Source: a virus
Lineage: Duplodnaviria; Caudoviricetes
Length of the DNA: 64,000 nt
Direction: 5' to 3' (one strand)
Virus record (IMG/VR): IMGVR_UViG_3300025858_000010
Coordinates: 96,001-160,000 of that record
The position numbers and the translations under genes were made by a program. Under the pieces are notes generated by a model. That model had not been told where the DNA came from. It searched no databases and saw only the letters and a list, made by a program, of their open reading frames with translations. Shown one piece after another: positions 29,482-39,939 of the stretch; the stretch's first letter is position 1, and each line of letters opens with the position of its first letter.

Positions 29482-29508
29482 GATCCAGCACATTGCCGGA
29501 TCTTTTTT
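29473..29508 (-). terminator. Intrinsic terminator downstream of the major capsid gene
   Basis: AAAAAAAAGATCCAGCA-CAT-TGCCGGATCTTTTTT hairpin flanked by A/T tracts. Confidence 0.8.
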
Positions 29509-29542
29509 ATTTACTATAATAATATAATTATTGATAGTCTGA

Positions 29543-31300
29543 TTAGATAAGAACACCTTCAGAATCAGTAACCTTAATAGCCATGAATTGTTTTTCTGGG
29601 AAGAATCCAATATCAGCAACAGCATATCTGCTTCTGATCAACATTCTTGGTGCCCACGTCGCTTCGGAAATCAAGGAAATTGATTGTGCCATTAAATAAG
29701 GGATAAAGAGAAGACCTGGTTGATCAACACTATTTTTTCTACCTAAATAGATATAGTTATCATCCCATCTCATGTATGGATCAACGTAGATTGCGATATT
29801 ACCAACATTACCCATTGGATAAAGTTGACCGTTGGTATTTAATTTGCCAGCGTTAACTGGATTAATAGTATAACCAGCGATATCTTGAATAACGGAAGCT
29901 AAGTTACCGTTTGTTACTAAATATTGAGCTGGTCCAATTCTACCATCAGTAGCGATGAAGTTAGAAGCGTTATTGATTTTGGCAATAAGTTTTCTTTGGA
30001 TTGAGTGAGTTGTTTCACCCATTCCAGTATTCAAAGCTGCTACGTATGTATCAACATTGAGGTCGAATTTTGATGTTACACCATCTGCCATTTTTGGAGC
30101 AGTATAAGATGTTCTATTCTTGAGAGCTAAGTTTCTAACTTTACCGACGATTTCTTTAGAAATAACTTGGGTAAGTTCGTTAATTAAAACTCCTTCGAGT
30201 TTTTGAACAATATCCATACCGGTTGCGGCTTTGATATCTTCAATTTGAGTTCTTTTCAATGTTGATGAAATTTCAACATCTCCTACTTGTACTGATTTTG
30301 TGAATACATCAGGACCAATAACACCAGGATAAGTTTTTTCATCTTGGAATCTTGACATAGGACCTTCCCAGCCATTTTCCATATTAGATGTCCAACCAGC
30401 TGAAAATCCAGGTAGGTGATCTTCCAATAGTGAAATCAATTCAATTGTCCATGTACCAGCTGTTAAACCTGTAGTAGTTGTACCGCTTATAGTACCAAAA
30501 TCATTAGTTGATAAGTAGGTAGTAATAGCGCCAGTTTGTGGGAATGTATTCATTCCAGTTTGCCATGGGTAATTTGCAGCCCCTGTAGAATCTTGTGGTA
30601 CCAAAGAACCAACTGAGAAACCAGCTTGTCTGTAGCATCTAAACATTGGATAACCATCAATTCTGGAAAATCCTAAAAATTCCAACCAATCGGTATAAGA
30701 ACCAACTGCTGGTCCATTTGTCATTGTAGCTACTGCTCCACCAGCTCCAATATGAACCCAAGTTCTCTTGGATAATCCACCAACTCTTTCTTGAATACTC
30801 AATAAAGAAAGTTGTAATTGAAGAGCTTGTTTTAAAAGTAAATCTTCTGCTGTATCATTACCTTTAACTTTAAAAACCAAAGGTCTTTGATTAGCGTCAG
30901 CTGTTTCGCGAATACCGTCAGCATAAGCGTTATCATATTTGAAATCAACAAATAAGAGTTCGATTCTTGGAGAAGCTGTTGGTTTAACACCAACCAAATC
31001 CAAACCAATCGTTTGAGCTGCGATCTTCATTGCGACAGGGAGAAGATTTTGTGCAACGTCACCACTACCGATTACTCCATCACCTTGCCAAGTGGCACCA
31101 GGAACTGTAGAGATAACGGGAGCTAGAACTTTGCCCATACCATTTTGATTCAATGTTGCATAACCAACATTTTCATTCATTTGATGCATTTCTGCATATT
31201 CGGACATCCATGCTCTTTTATCATCATCAACAACTTTAAGAGCGTCTAAGATAGGAGCCCATTTTTTTTGTGCTTTCACACCGTCTACTATAAAATTCAT
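29543..31300 (-). CDS. gp23: Major capsid protein, T4 gp23-like
   Basis: KKWAPIL N-terminus, IGLDLVGVKP, EQ/DI...G.D...L..EL...I.KEI, IATDGRIG, IYVDPY, GLLFIPY, PRMLIRSRYA; follows the protease gene. Confidence 0.93.
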   Translation of the reverse strand: MNFIVDGVKAQKKWAPILDALKVVDDDKRAWMSEYAEMHQMNENVGYATLNQNGMGKVLAPVISTVPGATWQGDGVIGSGDVAQNLLPVAMKIAAQTIGLDLVGVKPTASPRIELLFVDFKYDNAYADGIRETADANQRPLVFKVKGNDTAEDLLLKQALQLQLSLLSIQERVGGLSKRTWVHIGAGGAVATMTNGPAVGSYTDWLEFLGFSRIDGYPMFRCYRQAGFSVGSLVPQDSTGAANYPWQTGMNTFPQTGAITTYLSTNDFGTISGTTTTGLTAGTWTIELISLLEDHLPGFSAGWTSNMENGWEGPMSRFQDEKTYPGVIGPDVFTKSVQVGDVEISSTLKRTQIEDIKAATGMDIVQKLEGVLINELTQVISKEIVGKVRNLALKNRTSYTAPKMADGVTSKFDLNVDTYVAALNTGMGETTHSIQRKLIAKINNASNFIATDGRIGPAQYLVTNGNLASVIQDIAGYTINPVNAGKLNTNGQLYPMGNVGNIAIYVDPYMRWDDNYIYLGRKNSVDQPGLLFIPYLMAQSISLISEATWAPRMLIRSRYAVADIGFFPEKQFMAIKVTDSEGVLI

Positions 31301-31320
31301 TTTTTTAATTTTTTTTTTAG

Positions 31321-31330
31321 TTATATATTT
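31321..31330 (-). promoter_or_regulatory. Putative late promoter (AAATATATAA on the minus strand)
   Basis: About 20 nt upstream of the capsid ATG; the same motif precedes the protease (33826-33835), portal (39141-39150) and the 46238 cluster (47256-47265). Confidence 0.6.
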
Positions 31331-31378
31331 GATTTAAAAAGTCATTTTTTTCTAAATCGACTATCAAACATATAAAAT

Positions 31379-33805
31379 TTATCTTTGTAATCTTTTTAAA
31401 TATGCTTCTAATTGATTTTCAGATAACTTTGTATTATCAAAACTATTATTTTTTTCTGTTAACAGTGTAACTTTACCTGAACTTTTTTTAGCATATTCGT
31501 GGAGGTTTCTACTATTCCAGAAACTTTCCATTTTATCCTCAGTAAGGTTTGTATAAAATTGTGCACTACTTATAATACTTCCTTGAACTTCTGGACGTAA
31601 ACTTTCCCAAATTGGTCTAAGATCGTTTGGGATATTGTCGATCAATTTGTCATTAAAGCTTCTTACGGCTGAAGTTAGAGCTTTAGCCATTATTGTTAAA
31701 ACTTCATTTTCTGTTGTATAACCATTACTTTCGTTCATTGCAACGATTACTTTTTCTTTATCTGATTGAGAAAGGTTATAGTATGCTGCCTTTTTCTTTT
31801 CAGTTAAGAAAAGTAAGAAATGAGGTTCTTTATCTTCTGAAGCCTTGCGTTTTTTGGATTCATTGATTTGCTTTAACACTAATTTCTTTAATGTATTTTC
31901 TGAATCATAAATTTTATCACCTATGATTGATAATCTATTTTCTTGAATTTCTTGAACTTCACCGGTATCTGATAATTTAACTACAGCAATTCCATTGTCA
32001 GCATTAATTGCTAAAATTTCACCCGTTTTATCATCGTCAATTTTAACAACTTGACCAGGTACTAGTTCTGTTTTATCTTCTTCATCTTGAATTTCTTCGG
32101 CATTTACTCCTTCAATATCAACATCTTCTTCCTCTTCATCTTGACCTTGCGTTTGAGCTTGACCTTGCGTTTGAACTTGAGCTTGACCTTGCGTTTGAGT
32201 CTGACCTTGATTTTGAACTCCAGTTTCATCGTCGTCATCGATTGGTTGAACGTTGTTCATATCTTCGTCATCATCGTAATACTTTGCGACAGAACCGGTT
32301 TTAAAATTACCCATTTTTTCTTCAGGAGTTTCAATAGATTCTCTTATCAAATTTCCTTTAGAATTTAATTTTTCAGCGATGTATTTATTATATTCTATAT
32401 TTTTATCTAAAGATTCAGCGATGTAATTTTCATAAGCAATTGCATCCGTCAAATTTTCAGCAATATATTCAGCATATTTAATACTATTATCGAGTTGTTC
32501 ACCAATATATTCTGAATATTTGATTCCATTATCAACATGCTCGGCGATATATTCTGCATATTTAATATTATTATCAACATGTTCAGCAACATATTCTGAA
32601 TAAGCTATATTTTTATCTAAACTTTCAGCAACATATTCTGAATAAGCTATATTTTTATCTAGATTTTCAGCTATATATTCGGAATAATCAATTGATTTAT
32701 CAACGTTTTCAGCGATATATTCTGAATATTTAATTGTATTATCAACGTTTTCAGCGATATATTCTGAGAAGTCTATTGATTTATCCAGTGTTTCTGCAAT
32801 GTAATTGGAATAATCAATTGATTTATCAACTGATTCAGCAACATATTCAGTATATCCAATTGCTTTTTCTAGATTTTCTGCCAGATAATCATTGTGTTCG
32901 ATAATTTTTTTAGTTCTTTCTGTAGTTCTTTCTAAATCTTCTTCTAGTTTTTCGTTTGTTTTTTTAATTTTTTTATTTTCTTTAACCAATACTTGCATCG
33001 TTTCGGCTAAGTAATCGAGATAAGAAGCTATCTTCTTAAATCCCTCATTGAAGGTTTCGTACTTTTCATACAAATCATTTAATTTTTTTGGATCAAAATC
33101 ACCATTTTTAATGGTTTCACTAATTTCATTTTTTGTTTTAGCAATTTCTCCAGTTAAATAATTAGAGTACTTTTCCATCTGTTCTTTTGTTACAAATTCA
33201 TTATTATCCATATTGAACAAATCGTTTATTTTTGACTCGTCGGATATATCATATATCCTAAAGTTAGCACTTTCGTTAAATCCTAATGATTCATTTAATG
33301 TGCGAAGTTCCATTTTTGCGGAGCTAAAACCAGGATCTGCAACAGCGTCATAAGTAAACAATTTCTTAATTGTTACTTCGCCATTTGATTCTGTTATTCC
33401 AGCGGCCCTAGATGAAACAAAAATAGGGCAATCATCATCTATTAAAGCTTGGGCTTCTTTCCCCCAACGAGTATTTAGTAATTTAATTTCACCATCAACT
33501 CTATTTTTATCTTTTACATAAAAAGCTTTTTCTACAATGTGAGATACCCTAGATAAACTTGTATCAAAAACATCAGGATGATCGAACTCGCCATAAACGA
33601 CACCCAGTGTTTTTTTCCTTTCTAATAATTCATCCAAGTGCGGCAAAAATCTATCAGCACTATATATCCTATCGTTTCTGTTCTTCACACCAAATTCAGT
33701 GAATATACCACCTAAAATGTATTGACGTTTCCCTGTTGGGGTAACAGATTCGTTGACTTTTTGCAATCCATTGGTTGAATTTTCAATAATCAGAACATTC
33801 TTCAT
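31379..33805 (-). CDS. gp21: Prohead protease (gp21-like) fused to a scaffold/core domain
   Basis: LGGIF...KNRNDRIY, YGEFDHP, VSH, VSSRAAG, TYDAVADPGF; followed by coiled coil and 14-aa repeats. Confidence 0.92.
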   Translation of the reverse strand: MKNVLIIENSTNGLQKVNESVTPTGKRQYILGGIFTEFGVKNRNDRIYSADRFLPHLDELLERKKTLGVVYGEFDHPDVFDTSLSRVSHIVEKAFYVKDKNRVDGEIKLLNTRWGKEAQALIDDDCPIFVSSRAAGITESNGEVTIKKLFTYDAVADPGFSSAKMELRTLNESLGFNESANFRIYDISDESKINDLFNMDNNEFVTKEQMEKYSNYLTGEIAKTKNEISETIKNGDFDPKKLNDLYEKYETFNEGFKKIASYLDYLAETMQVLVKENKKIKKTNEKLEEDLERTTERTKKIIEHNDYLAENLEKAIGYTEYVAESVDKSIDYSNYIAETLDKSIDFSEYIAENVDNTIKYSEYIAENVDKSIDYSEYIAENLDKNIAYSEYVAESLDKNIAYSEYVAEHVDNNIKYAEYIAEHVDNGIKYSEYIGEQLDNSIKYAEYIAENLTDAIAYENYIAESLDKNIEYNKYIAEKLNSKGNLIRESIETPEEKMGNFKTGSVAKYYDDDEDMNNVQPIDDDDETGVQNQGQTQTQGQAQVQTQGQAQTQGQDEEEEDVDIEGVNAEEIQDEEDKTELVPGQVVKIDDDKTGEILAINADNGIAVVKLSDTGEVQEIQENRLSIIGDKIYDSENTLKKLVLKQINESKKRKASEDKEPHFLLFLTEKKKAAYYNLSQSDKEKVIVAMNESNGYTTENEVLTIMAKALTSAVRSFNDKLIDNIPNDLRPIWESLRPEVQGSIISSAQFYTNLTEDKMESFWNSRNLHEYAKKSSGKVTLLTEKNNSFDNTKLSENQLEAYLKRLQR
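32375..32878 (-). repeat. 12 tandem 42-bp (14-aa) repeats ExxDxxIxYxEY(I/V)A in the scaffold
   Basis: Counted from the translation, e.g. ENLDKNIAYSEYVA. Confidence 0.9.
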
Positions 33806-33931
33806 GTTTGCTTTTATTTTTTTATTTATATATTACATTAAAAATGTGATATTTTTCTATTTTGATGTATTTAATGGTGATTTAGACAAAACATAACATC
33901 CATTTAATTATATATATTAATAAATCTTATC

Positions 33932-35563
33932 ATGATAATAGACGATAAAGTAAGTATAACATTGAATTCATCGAATATTAGTAGATATAAAAAGCTAGGT
34001 TATATTGGGAGAGTCAATGAAACAATTGATGTGTTTATTAAGGATTTAAGTAACGGGAGTCATGCGTTAATTAATATAAGGTGTGATATTTGTGGAATAG
34101 AAAGGAAAGTCAAATTTAATTCTATAGTGAAGAATGATTATTTAATCAAATATTATTGTAAAAAATGTAAAAATGAAAAGAATTTATTAGAAAAATATGG
34201 AGTAAAAAATGTTTTTCAAATAGATAATGTTAAGAACAAAATAAAAGAAAAAAACTTAGAGAAATATGGAGTAGATAATGTGTCTAAGAGTATTGAAATA
34301 AAAGAAAAAAAAATAAAAACTAATAGAATAAATTGGGGATGCGATTGGGGGTTATCAAATGATATTATAAAAAATAAATCTAAAAAAACCATAATGGATA
34401 AATATGGTGTTGATAATGTATCTAAAAATAAAAATATAAAAATCAAAAAAGAAAAAACATGTTTTGAAAATAATGGAGTAAAATATATATCACAATCAAT
34501 TGATTTTAAACAAAAAATTAAAAACAAAGTTTTAAATTTCTTAAAAAATAAATATGGAATTATTGATTATGTTGGAGATGATTATATTTTTTATTGTAAA
34601 AAATGCAATCAAAATTTTTCATTAAATAAAAGAGCATATCAAACAAGAAGAGAATTAAAAGTTGAATTGTGTTCGATATGTAATCCAATTGGTTATTTTT
34701 CAACATCGAGTGAAGAAAAAAACATAATAGATTTTATAAAAAAAAACTATCAATTTGATGTCATTACTAACGCTAAAATAATACCACCAAAAGAAATAGA
34801 CATTTATTTACCAAATTTGAAAATTGCTTTCGAATTTAATGGACTTTATTGGCATTCTGAATTTTACAAAGATGCAAATTATCATTTAAATAAAACCGAA
34901 GAATGTGAAAAATTAGGAATTCATTTAATACATATTTACGAAGACGATTGGTTATATAAACAAAACATAGTTAAATCTAGAATATTAAATATTCTAGGCA
35001 AATCAAATAAAATATATGCTAGAAAATGTGAAATAAAAGAAATAACTGATAATAATATGGTTAAAGATTTTTTAGAATTAAACCATATTCAAGGTTTTGT
35101 TGGTTCTAAAATAAAAATCGGACTTTTTTATAACGAAGAAATCGTATCTTTAATGACATTTGGATCATTGAGAATTCCCATGGGTCAAAAATCTTCAATT
35201 AGTTCATTTGAAATGCTTAGATTTTGTAATAAAATAAATATTAACGTTATAGGTGGAGCTAGTAAACTTTTTAAATATTTTATTGAAAAATATAATCCGA
35301 TAGAAGTAATTAGTTATGCTGATCGTAGTTGGTCCAATGGTGATTTATATAAGAAACTAGAATTTGAATTGATTCATAAAACAAAACCAAATTATTATTA
35401 TATTATTAATAAAACAAGAAAATATAGATTTAATTTTAGAAAAAATAAATTGATAACAGAAGGATTTGATTCGACTAAAACCGAACATGAAATAATGTTA
35501 GATAGAGGAATACTTAGAATATATGATTCAGGTAGTTTAAAATTTTTATGGAATAAAAAATGA
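33932..35563 (+). CDS. Hef-like free-standing endonuclease
   Basis: KYGVDNV repeats, EIDIYLPNLKIAFEFNGLYWHS, GNAT-like C-terminus. Confidence 0.8.
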   Translation: MIIDDKVSITLNSSNISRYKKLGYIGRVNETIDVFIKDLSNGSHALINIRCDICGIERKVKFNSIVKNDYLIKYYCKKCKNEKNLLEKYGVKNVFQIDNVKNKIKEKNLEKYGVDNVSKSIEIKEKKIKTNRINWGCDWGLSNDIIKNKSKKTIMDKYGVDNVSKNKNIKIKKEKTCFENNGVKYISQSIDFKQKIKNKVLNFLKNKYGIIDYVGDDYIFYCKKCNQNFSLNKRAYQTRRELKVELCSICNPIGYFSTSSEEKNIIDFIKKNYQFDVITNAKIIPPKEIDIYLPNLKIAFEFNGLYWHSEFYKDANYHLNKTEECEKLGIHLIHIYEDDWLYKQNIVKSRILNILGKSNKIYARKCEIKEITDNNMVKDFLELNHIQGFVGSKIKIGLFYNEEIVSLMTFGSLRIPMGQKSSISSFEMLRFCNKININVIGGASKLFKYFIEKYNPIEVISYADRSWSNGDLYKKLEFELIHKTKPNYYYIINKTRKYRFNFRKNKLITEGFDSTKTEHEIMLDRGILRIYDSGSLKFLWNKK

Positions 35564-37200
35564 TAATAGAAAAAAATATAGATGTAAAGATAACCAAACA
35601 AAATATTGATTATTTTAAGAAATTTGATTATATTGTTAATTTAAAAGATATTATAACTATTCCAATTGAACATTTGCAAAAACAAAGTCATAAAAAATTA
35701 CATGTCAGGTGCGATGTTTGTGGATTAGAGACAATTTTATCATATAAAAATTATAATAAAAATTTTAAAAAATATAATTTATATACATGTTTGAAGTGTA
35801 GCTGCATAAAAAACAAAAAAACGTGTTTAGAAAAATATGGAGTAGAACATCAAATGTTGTTTGATGAAACTAAAGAAAAAATAAAAAAAACCTGTATAAA
35901 AAAATATGGAGTAGATAATCCTCTCAAAGATAATAATATTAAGGAAAAAATTAAAGCGACGTTTAACGATAAATATGGATCAGATAATTCTTTCATGTCC
36001 AATATTATTTTAGATAAAATAAAAAACACCAATAAAAAAAAATACAAAAATGATTATTATTTTGGTTCAGAAGAATTTAAAAATAGTATCAAAGACACAT
36101 TTGTAAATAAATACGGTGTGGATAATCCATCTAAATCCATCGAATTACAAACTAAAAAATTAAAAAAATTATATTGTAAGTTAAATATCATAAATATAGA
36201 TTTTAAAAATAAAAAATATACAATATTTTGTGATGTGTGTAAAAAACAATATGATATTCCTTTTATTATATTACATCAAAGATTTAAAATCTATAAAACA
36301 ACTATTTGCACTATTTGTAATCCTATAGGCTCTTCTTCAAATAGCGGATTTGAGGTGCAATTACAAGAATTCATAAAAGAAAATTATAATAAAGAAATTT
36401 CATTAAATGATAGAAAGACAATAAATCCTTATGAAATAGATATATATTTACCGGAATTGAAATTGGCTTTCGAATTTAATGGATTATATTGGCATTCCGA
36501 GATATTTAAAGAAAATTATTATCATTTTAATAAAACTGAATTATGTGAAAAAAACGAAATGAAACTTATTCAAATATACGAAGATGATTGGTTATATAAA
36601 ACTGATATAGTCAAATCTAGAATTTTAAATCTTATCGGAAAATCTAATAAAATAATGGCTAGAAAATGCGATATAAAAGAAATAACCGATAATAAATTAG
36701 TTAAAATTTTTTTAGAAAAAAATCATTTACAAGGTTTTGTCGGTTCTAAAATAAAAATTGGTTTATTTAATCAAAATGAATTAGTATCAATCATGACATT
36801 TGGATCTTTAAGAAAATCGATGGGTCAAAAATCAATAGATGACACATATGAAATACTTAGATTCTGCAATAAATTAAACACTAATGTAATTGGTAGTGCT
36901 TCTAAATTATTTAAATATTTTATCAAAAAATATAATCCGATAGAAATAATTAGTTATGCCGATAGATCGTGGTCAACAGGTAACTTATATGAAAATCTTG
37001 GATTCAAACTAATTCATAAAACACGACCAAACTATTTTTATATTATAGACGGAATAAGAAAATATAGATTCAATTTTAGAAAAGATAATTTAGTAAAAAA
37101 CGGTGAAGATCCAAATAAATCTGAACACGATATAATGATAGAAAAAAATATATTTAGAATATACGATAGTGGAAATTTAAAATATATATGGAATAAATAA
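35560..37200 (+). CDS. Hef-like free-standing endonuclease
   Basis: Tandem paralog of 33932 with the same motifs. Confidence 0.8.
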   Translation: MIIEKNIDVKITKQNIDYFKKFDYIVNLKDIITIPIEHLQKQSHKKLHVRCDVCGLETILSYKNYNKNFKKYNLYTCLKCSCIKNKKTCLEKYGVEHQMLFDETKEKIKKTCIKKYGVDNPLKDNNIKEKIKATFNDKYGSDNSFMSNIILDKIKNTNKKKYKNDYYFGSEEFKNSIKDTFVNKYGVDNPSKSIELQTKKLKKLYCKLNIINIDFKNKKYTIFCDVCKKQYDIPFIILHQRFKIYKTTICTICNPIGSSSNSGFEVQLQEFIKENYNKEISLNDRKTINPYEIDIYLPELKLAFEFNGLYWHSEIFKENYYHFNKTELCEKNEMKLIQIYEDDWLYKTDIVKSRILNLIGKSNKIMARKCDIKEITDNKLVKIFLEKNHLQGFVGSKIKIGLFNQNELVSIMTFGSLRKSMGQKSIDDTYEILRFCNKLNTNVIGSASKLFKYFIKKYNPIEIISYADRSWSTGNLYENLGFKLIHKTRPNYFYIIDGIRKYRFNFRKDNLVKNGEDPNKSEHDIMIEKNIFRIYDSGNLKYIWNK

Positions 37201-37218
37201 AATCTTTAATATTAAATT

Positions 37219-37249
37219 AAAAAAACCTATCAAAAAGATAGGTTTTTTT
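37219..37249. terminator. Bidirectional intrinsic terminator
   Basis: AAAAAAACCTATC-AAAAA-GATAGGTTTTTTT between convergent genes. Confidence 0.8.
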
Positions 37250-37303
37250 GTTTATTTCTTTATCTGAACGATTCACTGGATAAAGGCACATAATGGTTTC
37301 TTA

Positions 37304-39121
37304 TTAGAATGTGGCTCCTTGTCCGGCTTGTGGTGATGGTGTTTGAGATCCTCCACCCGCTTGTGTTCCACCGCCAAATTGAGCACCGGCTTGTGCTCCA
37401 CCACCGGCTTGCGCTTCTCCACCTATTTGTGCTCCACCGCCAAATTGAGCGCCACCAGCTTGTGATCCACCACCAAATTGTGCTCCTCCCCCCATTTGTG
37501 CTCCTCCACCACCACCGAATTGAGCGCCTCCACCAAATCCGCCGGCAAATCCACCTTCTGGACCAGCACCTTCTGGACCACCGACTCCGGATTTGAGTTC
37601 TAGCATTTTATATTTTCTATTTTCTTCAATATCAGCATCTGTAAATTTCATAATATGACGCATTACCCATTCAATACTTAAAAATGATTTTCCTTCTGAA
37701 TTTTGTAATGACGACATTAATGTTGATGCGATACCAGCTCTTTCACTCATATTTTTCAAATGTCTCCATTCTTCGAATAATGTATCAGATATGAATTCTA
37801 ATCTTATGTTGTCATTGAAAGTAGTATCGTCTTTTAATTCCGGAAATTCTAAAATCATTTGAATTTTTAACGGTTTCAATAAGATTTCTTTAAATATTGT
37901 TCTAACTCTATTTATATAGTTTTTAAATTTTACTTCGTCTCTCGTAATTGCTGCACTGGAATCATATGCATAAGATCCACCACCATTATCTTCATCAAAT
38001 CTTTGAAAAGGCAATTTACTTGCTCTTTTCAATATTTTATAAAACCATTGAAGTACTATATCTTCATTTAAATTTACTTGAGTCGGTTGTAATATATCTA
38101 TGCTAGGTGTACCTCCTTGTCCTTCTGGAAACCAGAAATCTTTACTAAATGGTATATTAGTGCTACCGTTTATAGCAACAGTGCCCATTCTTTCGTCCCA
38201 TTGTACGTCGTCGTGATATTCACTCATTAATTCATAAACTTGTTGTTCGGCTTGTTGTCGAGTTAATCCTCCGACTGGTATTACAAATTTTTTATAAATT
38301 GATGCTTGATTTATATTATATAATAGACGAGCTTGCTCAATCATTTTTAATTGGTTATATGGTCTAATTAAATTTTCAACATAAGAAGTTTCACCATATT
38401 CATTATTATTTGAATATGATATATAAATAATTTGAGAATCTAATAAGATTTTACGCATTTGTGGATTATCTGGATGTTGAATCCAGATCATTGTATTTGT
38501 ATTCGGATCAGTAGCAACAATCAGTGTTAAAGGATCTAATGGAGCTAAATCTATTATATTTTTTTGTTTATCGTCATAGATAATTTCATATGAAATATAA
38601 CCGTCTATTAAAAGATTTTTAAGATATTGCCAAGCGATTTGACCTTCGTTAAAATTGAAAGTGTTTATTATTTTCGTGAATACTTCTTGGTATTTTTGTT
38701 TTATAGTTTGTTCGTAAGTATCTGGAAGATCTTTAACAAAACAAAATCTATTATTATCATCATATATAATACACTCATCAGCAATTTGTGTAATAAAATC
38801 TTTTATTTCGTCTTTTATAGAGTATTGTCTTAATATTTTTCTTTTATCTAAATATGTTCTATCGAGATATGCTATTGATTTTTTGTCTAAAAATCTAGCA
38901 ATAGTCTTTTTAGTAAATAAATCATACATATTTGAACTATTCGGTTGATATAATACATCAGTAGTTTCTTCATGGACACCAACAGCGTAGGCGTTTCTTA
39001 TTCTCATGTCATTATATTCAAGACCCCCGAACATTGTAGAGAGTCCTCTTAAAATTCTATTGAATAATCCGAAATTTGAAGAGTTTCCTTGATTATTTTT
39101 ATATCTATCGTAACTTGCCAT
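37304..39121 (-). CDS. gp20: Portal protein, T4 gp20-like, with Gly-rich C-terminal tail
   Basis: IADECII, LIDG, PLDP, SYVENLIRPYNQLKMIE, KDFWFP..GGTP.I..L, ASKLPFQR, ITRDEVKF. Confidence 0.93.
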   Translation of the reverse strand: MASYDRYKNNQGNSSNFGLFNRILRGLSTMFGGLEYNDMRIRNAYAVGVHEETTDVLYQPNSSNMYDLFTKKTIARFLDKKSIAYLDRTYLDKRKILRQYSIKDEIKDFITQIADECIIYDDNNRFCFVKDLPDTYEQTIKQKYQEVFTKIINTFNFNEGQIAWQYLKNLLIDGYISYEIIYDDKQKNIIDLAPLDPLTLIVATDPNTNTMIWIQHPDNPQMRKILLDSQIIYISYSNNNEYGETSYVENLIRPYNQLKMIEQARLLYNINQASIYKKFVIPVGGLTRQQAEQQVYELMSEYHDDVQWDERMGTVAINGSTNIPFSKDFWFPEGQGGTPSIDILQPTQVNLNEDIVLQWFYKILKRASKLPFQRFDEDNGGGSYAYDSSAAITRDEVKFKNYINRVRTIFKEILLKPLKIQMILEFPELKDDTTFNDNIRLEFISDTLFEEWRHLKNMSERAGIASTLMSSLQNSEGKSFLSIEWVMRHIMKFTDADIEENRKYKMLELKSGVGGPEGAGPEGGFAGGFGGGAQFGGGGGAQMGGGAQFGGGSQAGGAQFGGGAQIGGEAQAGGGAQAGAQFGGGTQAGGGSQTPSPQAGQGATF

Positions 39122-39166
39122 TTAATTTATTTATTTTTTACTATATATTAATATATTATGATTGAT

Positions 39167-39934
39167 TTAATTATCATATAATTTGTAATGATTTTCAATC
39201 AATCTCAATTTTTGATAATATTCTTTAACATCGTTATCGAAATCTTGCACTGTTTTTTCATATAATTCTAAAATTATAGATAATTTTTCTTTTTCTTTTT
39301 CTATATCTGTATTTTTTAATGCTTTTATCATAATGTTTTTATTTACTTGTTTAGTATTTAAAAAAATAAATCTAGGTACAATATTAATGGATATTCCATA
39401 AATTTCAGGTTCACCTTTATCAACACCAACTATTTTACTATAATCAAAACCTGTTATACAAAAATTAAAATCCCCGTTATTTTTTAAAGATCTGTATATT
39501 GATTCAAAGTTAACTTTTAAAGGTATTTCTTTATTAACATCATTATCATTATCGTTATTTTTTATATTTTTTATTATTATTGATTGAAACATATTAAATA
39601 ATTTATCCAGATATACAATCTTATATCTAAAAGGCAAATAATCAAAATTTATCGCATAAATAATTCTTTTTTGAATTTCTGCATTGTATCTATCGTCTAT
39701 TACAAAAACAGGACACCATAATTTGTTTCCATTATAATTATATCTTATCAAATAAAATTTACCAACGTAGATTCCTCCTTTAATTGATCGTTTAACTTCA
39801 AGATTTGGATTTTTTATTAAACTGAAAATAAGATCAGTAGACTCTGTAACCAATCTTTTCATATTACCATTATATTCTCCTATCAACTTTTGACAATATG
39901 ATGAAAATGATTCTAATCCTTTATATTTATCCAT
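39167..39934 (-). CDS. Possible DNA end-protector protein (T4 gp2-like)
   Basis: GKFYLIRY...PVFV...AINFDYLP resembles gp2 G.LY.F.Y...PL...GLNLHYLP; sits between the gp4-like gene and the portal. Confidence 0.45.
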   Translation of the reverse strand: MDKYKGLESFSSYCQKLIGEYNGNMKRLVTESTDLIFSLIKNPNLEVKRSIKGGIYVGKFYLIRYNYNGNKLWCPVFVIDDRYNAEIQKRIIYAINFDYLPFRYKIVYLDKLFNMFQSIIIKNIKNNDNDNDVNKEIPLKVNFESIYRSLKNNGDFNFCITGFDYSKIVGVDKGEPEIYGISINIVPRFIFLNTKQVNKNIMIKALKNTDIEKEKEKLSIILELYEKTVQDFDNDVKEYYQKLRLIENHYKLYDN

Positions 39935-39939
39935 TTCTG

